NCBI GenBank assembly: GCA_036785375.1
Contig: JAWMAR010004817.1
Span: forward strand, 1 to 39,411
Length of the DNA: 39,411 bases
Direction: 5' to 3'
Source: Leucoraja ocellata
Lineage: Eukaryota
Positions 36,792 through 39,411 of this stretch are shown here, one piece after another (position 1 is the first letter of the stretch; each line of letters opens with the position of its first letter). Below the pieces are notes generated by a model. The model was not told where the DNA came from and did no database searches. It worked only from the letters and a program-made list of their open reading frames with translations. The position numbers and the translations under genes are program-made.

Positions 36792-37676
36792 CTAGACCAA
36801 GTGCAGACCCGTTGGGTCTGTTTCCCCAACGCGCGTTTGCGGGGGGGGGGGGGGGGGGGGCTGCAGGGGGGGAGAGGGGTAGGGGCGTGGTGGAAGAGGG
36901 ACAGGGGTAGGGGGCGGGGGGAGAGATTGAGGGGGGTGGGGGGGAGAGAGGGATGTGGGGTGGGTGCAGGGGGAGGGGGAGGGGGTGGGTGAGGAGAGGG
37001 AGATGAAGAGGGAGGAGGAGAGAGGGGTGGTGAGGGGAGGAGAGAGGGGAGGGGGAGAGAGTTGTGGGGGAGGGAGATGGGGTAGGGGAGGGAGGGGGAA
37101 GAGTATGGAGGGAGGGGGAGAGGGGTGGGGAGAGAGGGGAAATAGTGGGGAGGGAGAGTGGAAGGGGGAGGGGTAGGGACAGTCCATCCCTTCCCCATTC
37201 CCTATCACCCCCAATCCTCTTTGTCTATTCCACACACGTGATGACGCGCTTCGACACAGGCTGCGGGGGTGGGGGGAGGGGCTGGGGCTGGGGCTGCTGC
37301 AAAGGCATATGTAAATGATCCATTCCGATTGGACAACTGTGAGCATTGGGCATTGTGAACGTTCAACAACATTCTATGGGTGAGAGCTGTTTTTTTTTAA
37401 TTGGAGGGGCGGGGGGGGGGGGGGGGGGGGGGGGCGGGGAGAAGGATTTTATTAATAATGTGTACATAAACACGACGAAATTTATGCAGTGGATACTTGG
37501 AATGATAAGTGAAATCTCTACCGAAATGGAAAACATCTGGGCGTTTCTGCGTCTCGTGTTGGGGTAGCAACGAATCAAAGGCTGGCAACCACAAGTCAGG
37601 CAGAACACACACAGCCAGCCTGCCACAGAGTTTTAAATATAGATAGATAGATATAGATATAGAATACAGATATAGA
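36792..37676 (-). mobile_element. Non-autonomous Helitron with both termini
   Basis: CTAG at 36792 with hairpin at 36804-36820. The minus-strand 5' end reads A|TCTATAT... within a TCTA/TCTATA repeat at 37640-37676. Confidence 0.75.
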
Positions 37677-37677
37677 T

Positions 37678-39411
37678 GAGCTTGAGGCTCAGTTAGAGGT
37701 TGGTAGATATGACATTGTGGGGATTACTTTGATGTGGCTGCAGGAGGATCGGGTCTGGGAACAATATTCAGGGTTATACATCCTATGGAAAAGAAAGGAC
37801 AGGCACGTGGGCAAAGGAGGGGTGGGGTAACTCTGCTGGTGAGGGATGGGATTCAGTCCCTTGCGAAGGAAGACATAGGCACTGTGGATTGAGTTGAGGA
37901 ATTGTAAAGGCCAGAAGACACTAATTGATGTTATCTACAGACCCCCATATAGTAGCCCGGATGTAAGGTGTAAGTTGCAGCAGGAGTTAAAACTGGCATG
38001 TAACAAAGGTAATGCCACTGTGGTGATGGGGGATTTCAATATGCAGATAGACTGGGGAAATCAGGTTGGTTCAGGATCCCAAGAAAGAGAGTTTCTGCAA
38101 ACTCTCTCCGAGTGCCTCCGAGATGGATTCTAAGAGCTCTTGTAATGGAGACGACCAGAAAAAACGGCAATTCTGGATTTAGTGTTGTCTAATGAACCAG
38201 ATTTGATAAGAGAACTCGAGGTAAAGGATCCGCTTGGAGGTCGTAATCATAATATGATTAGTTTTAATCTGCAATTTGAGAAGGAGAATGTTAAATTGGA
38301 AGTGTCAGTGATGCAGTTGAACAAAGGGGACCATGAAGGCATGAGAGAGGAGCTGGCCAAGTTAGACTGGAAAGGAATCCAAACAGGTCTGCATCCCAGG
38401 TTCCTCAGGGAGGTGGCTCTAGAAATAGTGGACGCACTGGTGATCATTTTCCAATGTTCAATAGATTGAGGATCAGTTCCTGTGGATTGGAGGATTGCTA
38501 ATGTTATCCCACTTTTCAAGAAAGGAGTGAGAGTGGAAAACGGGGAATTACAGACCAGTTAGCCTGACTTCGGTGGTGGGAAAGATGCTGGAGTCAATTA
38601 TTAAAGATGTAATAATGGAGCATTTGGACAGCAGTAAAAGGATTAGTCCAACTCAACATGGATGTATGAAAGGGAAATCATGCTTGACTAATCTTCTGGA
38701 ATTTTTTGAGGATATGACAAGTAAAATGGATGTAGGGGAGCCAGTGGATTTAGTGTATCTAGACTTTCAGAAAGCCATTGATAATGTCCCGCACGGGAGA
38801 CTGGTGACTAAAATTAGAGCACATGGTATTGGTGATAGGGTGTTGACATGGATAGAAAATTGGTTGGCAGACAGGAAACAAAGAGTAGGAATGAACGGGT
38901 CCTTTTCAGAATGGCAGGCAGTGGCGAGTGGAGTGCCGCAAGGCTCGGTGTTGGGGCCGCAACTGTTTACCATATATATTAATGATTTGGAAGCGAGAAT
39001 TAGGAGCAACACTAGCAAGTTTGTGGATGACACAAAGCTGGGTGGCAGTGTGAACTGTGAAGAGGATGTTAGGTGGTTGCAGGGTGACCTGGACAGGTTG
39101 AGTGAGTGGGCAGATGCGTGGCAGATGCAGTATAATGTAGATAAATGTGAGGTTATCCACTTTGGCGGCAACAACAAGGGAGAAGATTATTATCTCAATG
39201 GGGTTAGGTTAGGTAAGGGGGAGGTGCAGCGAGACCTGGGCGTCCTTGTTCACCAGTCACTGAAAGTTGGCGTGCAGGTACAGCAGGCAGTGAAGAAAGC
39301 TAATGTTGGCCTTCATAACAAGAGGATTTCAGTATAGGAGTAAAGAGGTTCTTCTGCAGTGGTATAGGGCTCTGGTAAGACCACATCTGGAGCATTGCGT
39401 ACAGTTGTGGT
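37678..39411 (+). mobile_element. CR1 ORF2 remnant: APE endonuclease plus RT
   Basis: ELEAQLEVGRYDIVGIT, VIYRPP and MGDFN endonuclease motifs, plus the 254-aa RT ORF at 38573-39337. Confidence 0.92.

Larger units (their letters stand above)
29714..39411 (+). repeat. Tandem segmental duplication unit 3 (partial, runs off the window)
   Basis: Colinear with unit 1 up to about 36453, then a structurally different version of the Helitron/CR1 block. Confidence 0.93.

Noticed and set aside
38573-39337. Functional reverse transcriptase gene
   Set aside because: Part of a frameshifted, internally deleted CR1 ORF2, with FVDD in place of FADD.
1-39411. CRISPR arrays, tRNA or rRNA genes, prokaryotic systems
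   Set aside because: No such patterns were seen, and the DNA is vertebrate, with spliceosomal introns and LINEs.

Overview
Eukaryotic genomic DNA, almost certainly from a cartilaginous fish (probably a skate or ray, inferred from gene organisation and repeat content). The window holds about 2.7 units of a head-to-tail tandem array with periods of 14,578 and 15,131 bp. Each unit carries one immunoglobulin light-chain cluster on the + strand: leader exon, a germline-joined VJ exon with no RSS, and a C exon resembling the elasmobranch type II/lambda isotype. Copies 2 and 3 are intact (240 aa from the first ATG). Copy 1 has a 1-bp deletion in C. The three V domains differ almost only by amino-acid-changing substitutions concentrated in the CDRs, whereas about 180 bp of promoter is invariant and lacks an octamer. 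The V domain has an unusually long CDR2 (11 aa, Kabat) for a lambda-type C partner. The spacers are nested mobile-element debris: CR1 LINE fragments, an L1-clade 3' end, an L2 insertion unique to copy 3, tandem non-autonomous Helitrons carrying a purine-rich tract, and palindromic Penelope-like termini with decayed hammerhead-ribozyme cores. All counts and alignments were done by eye.
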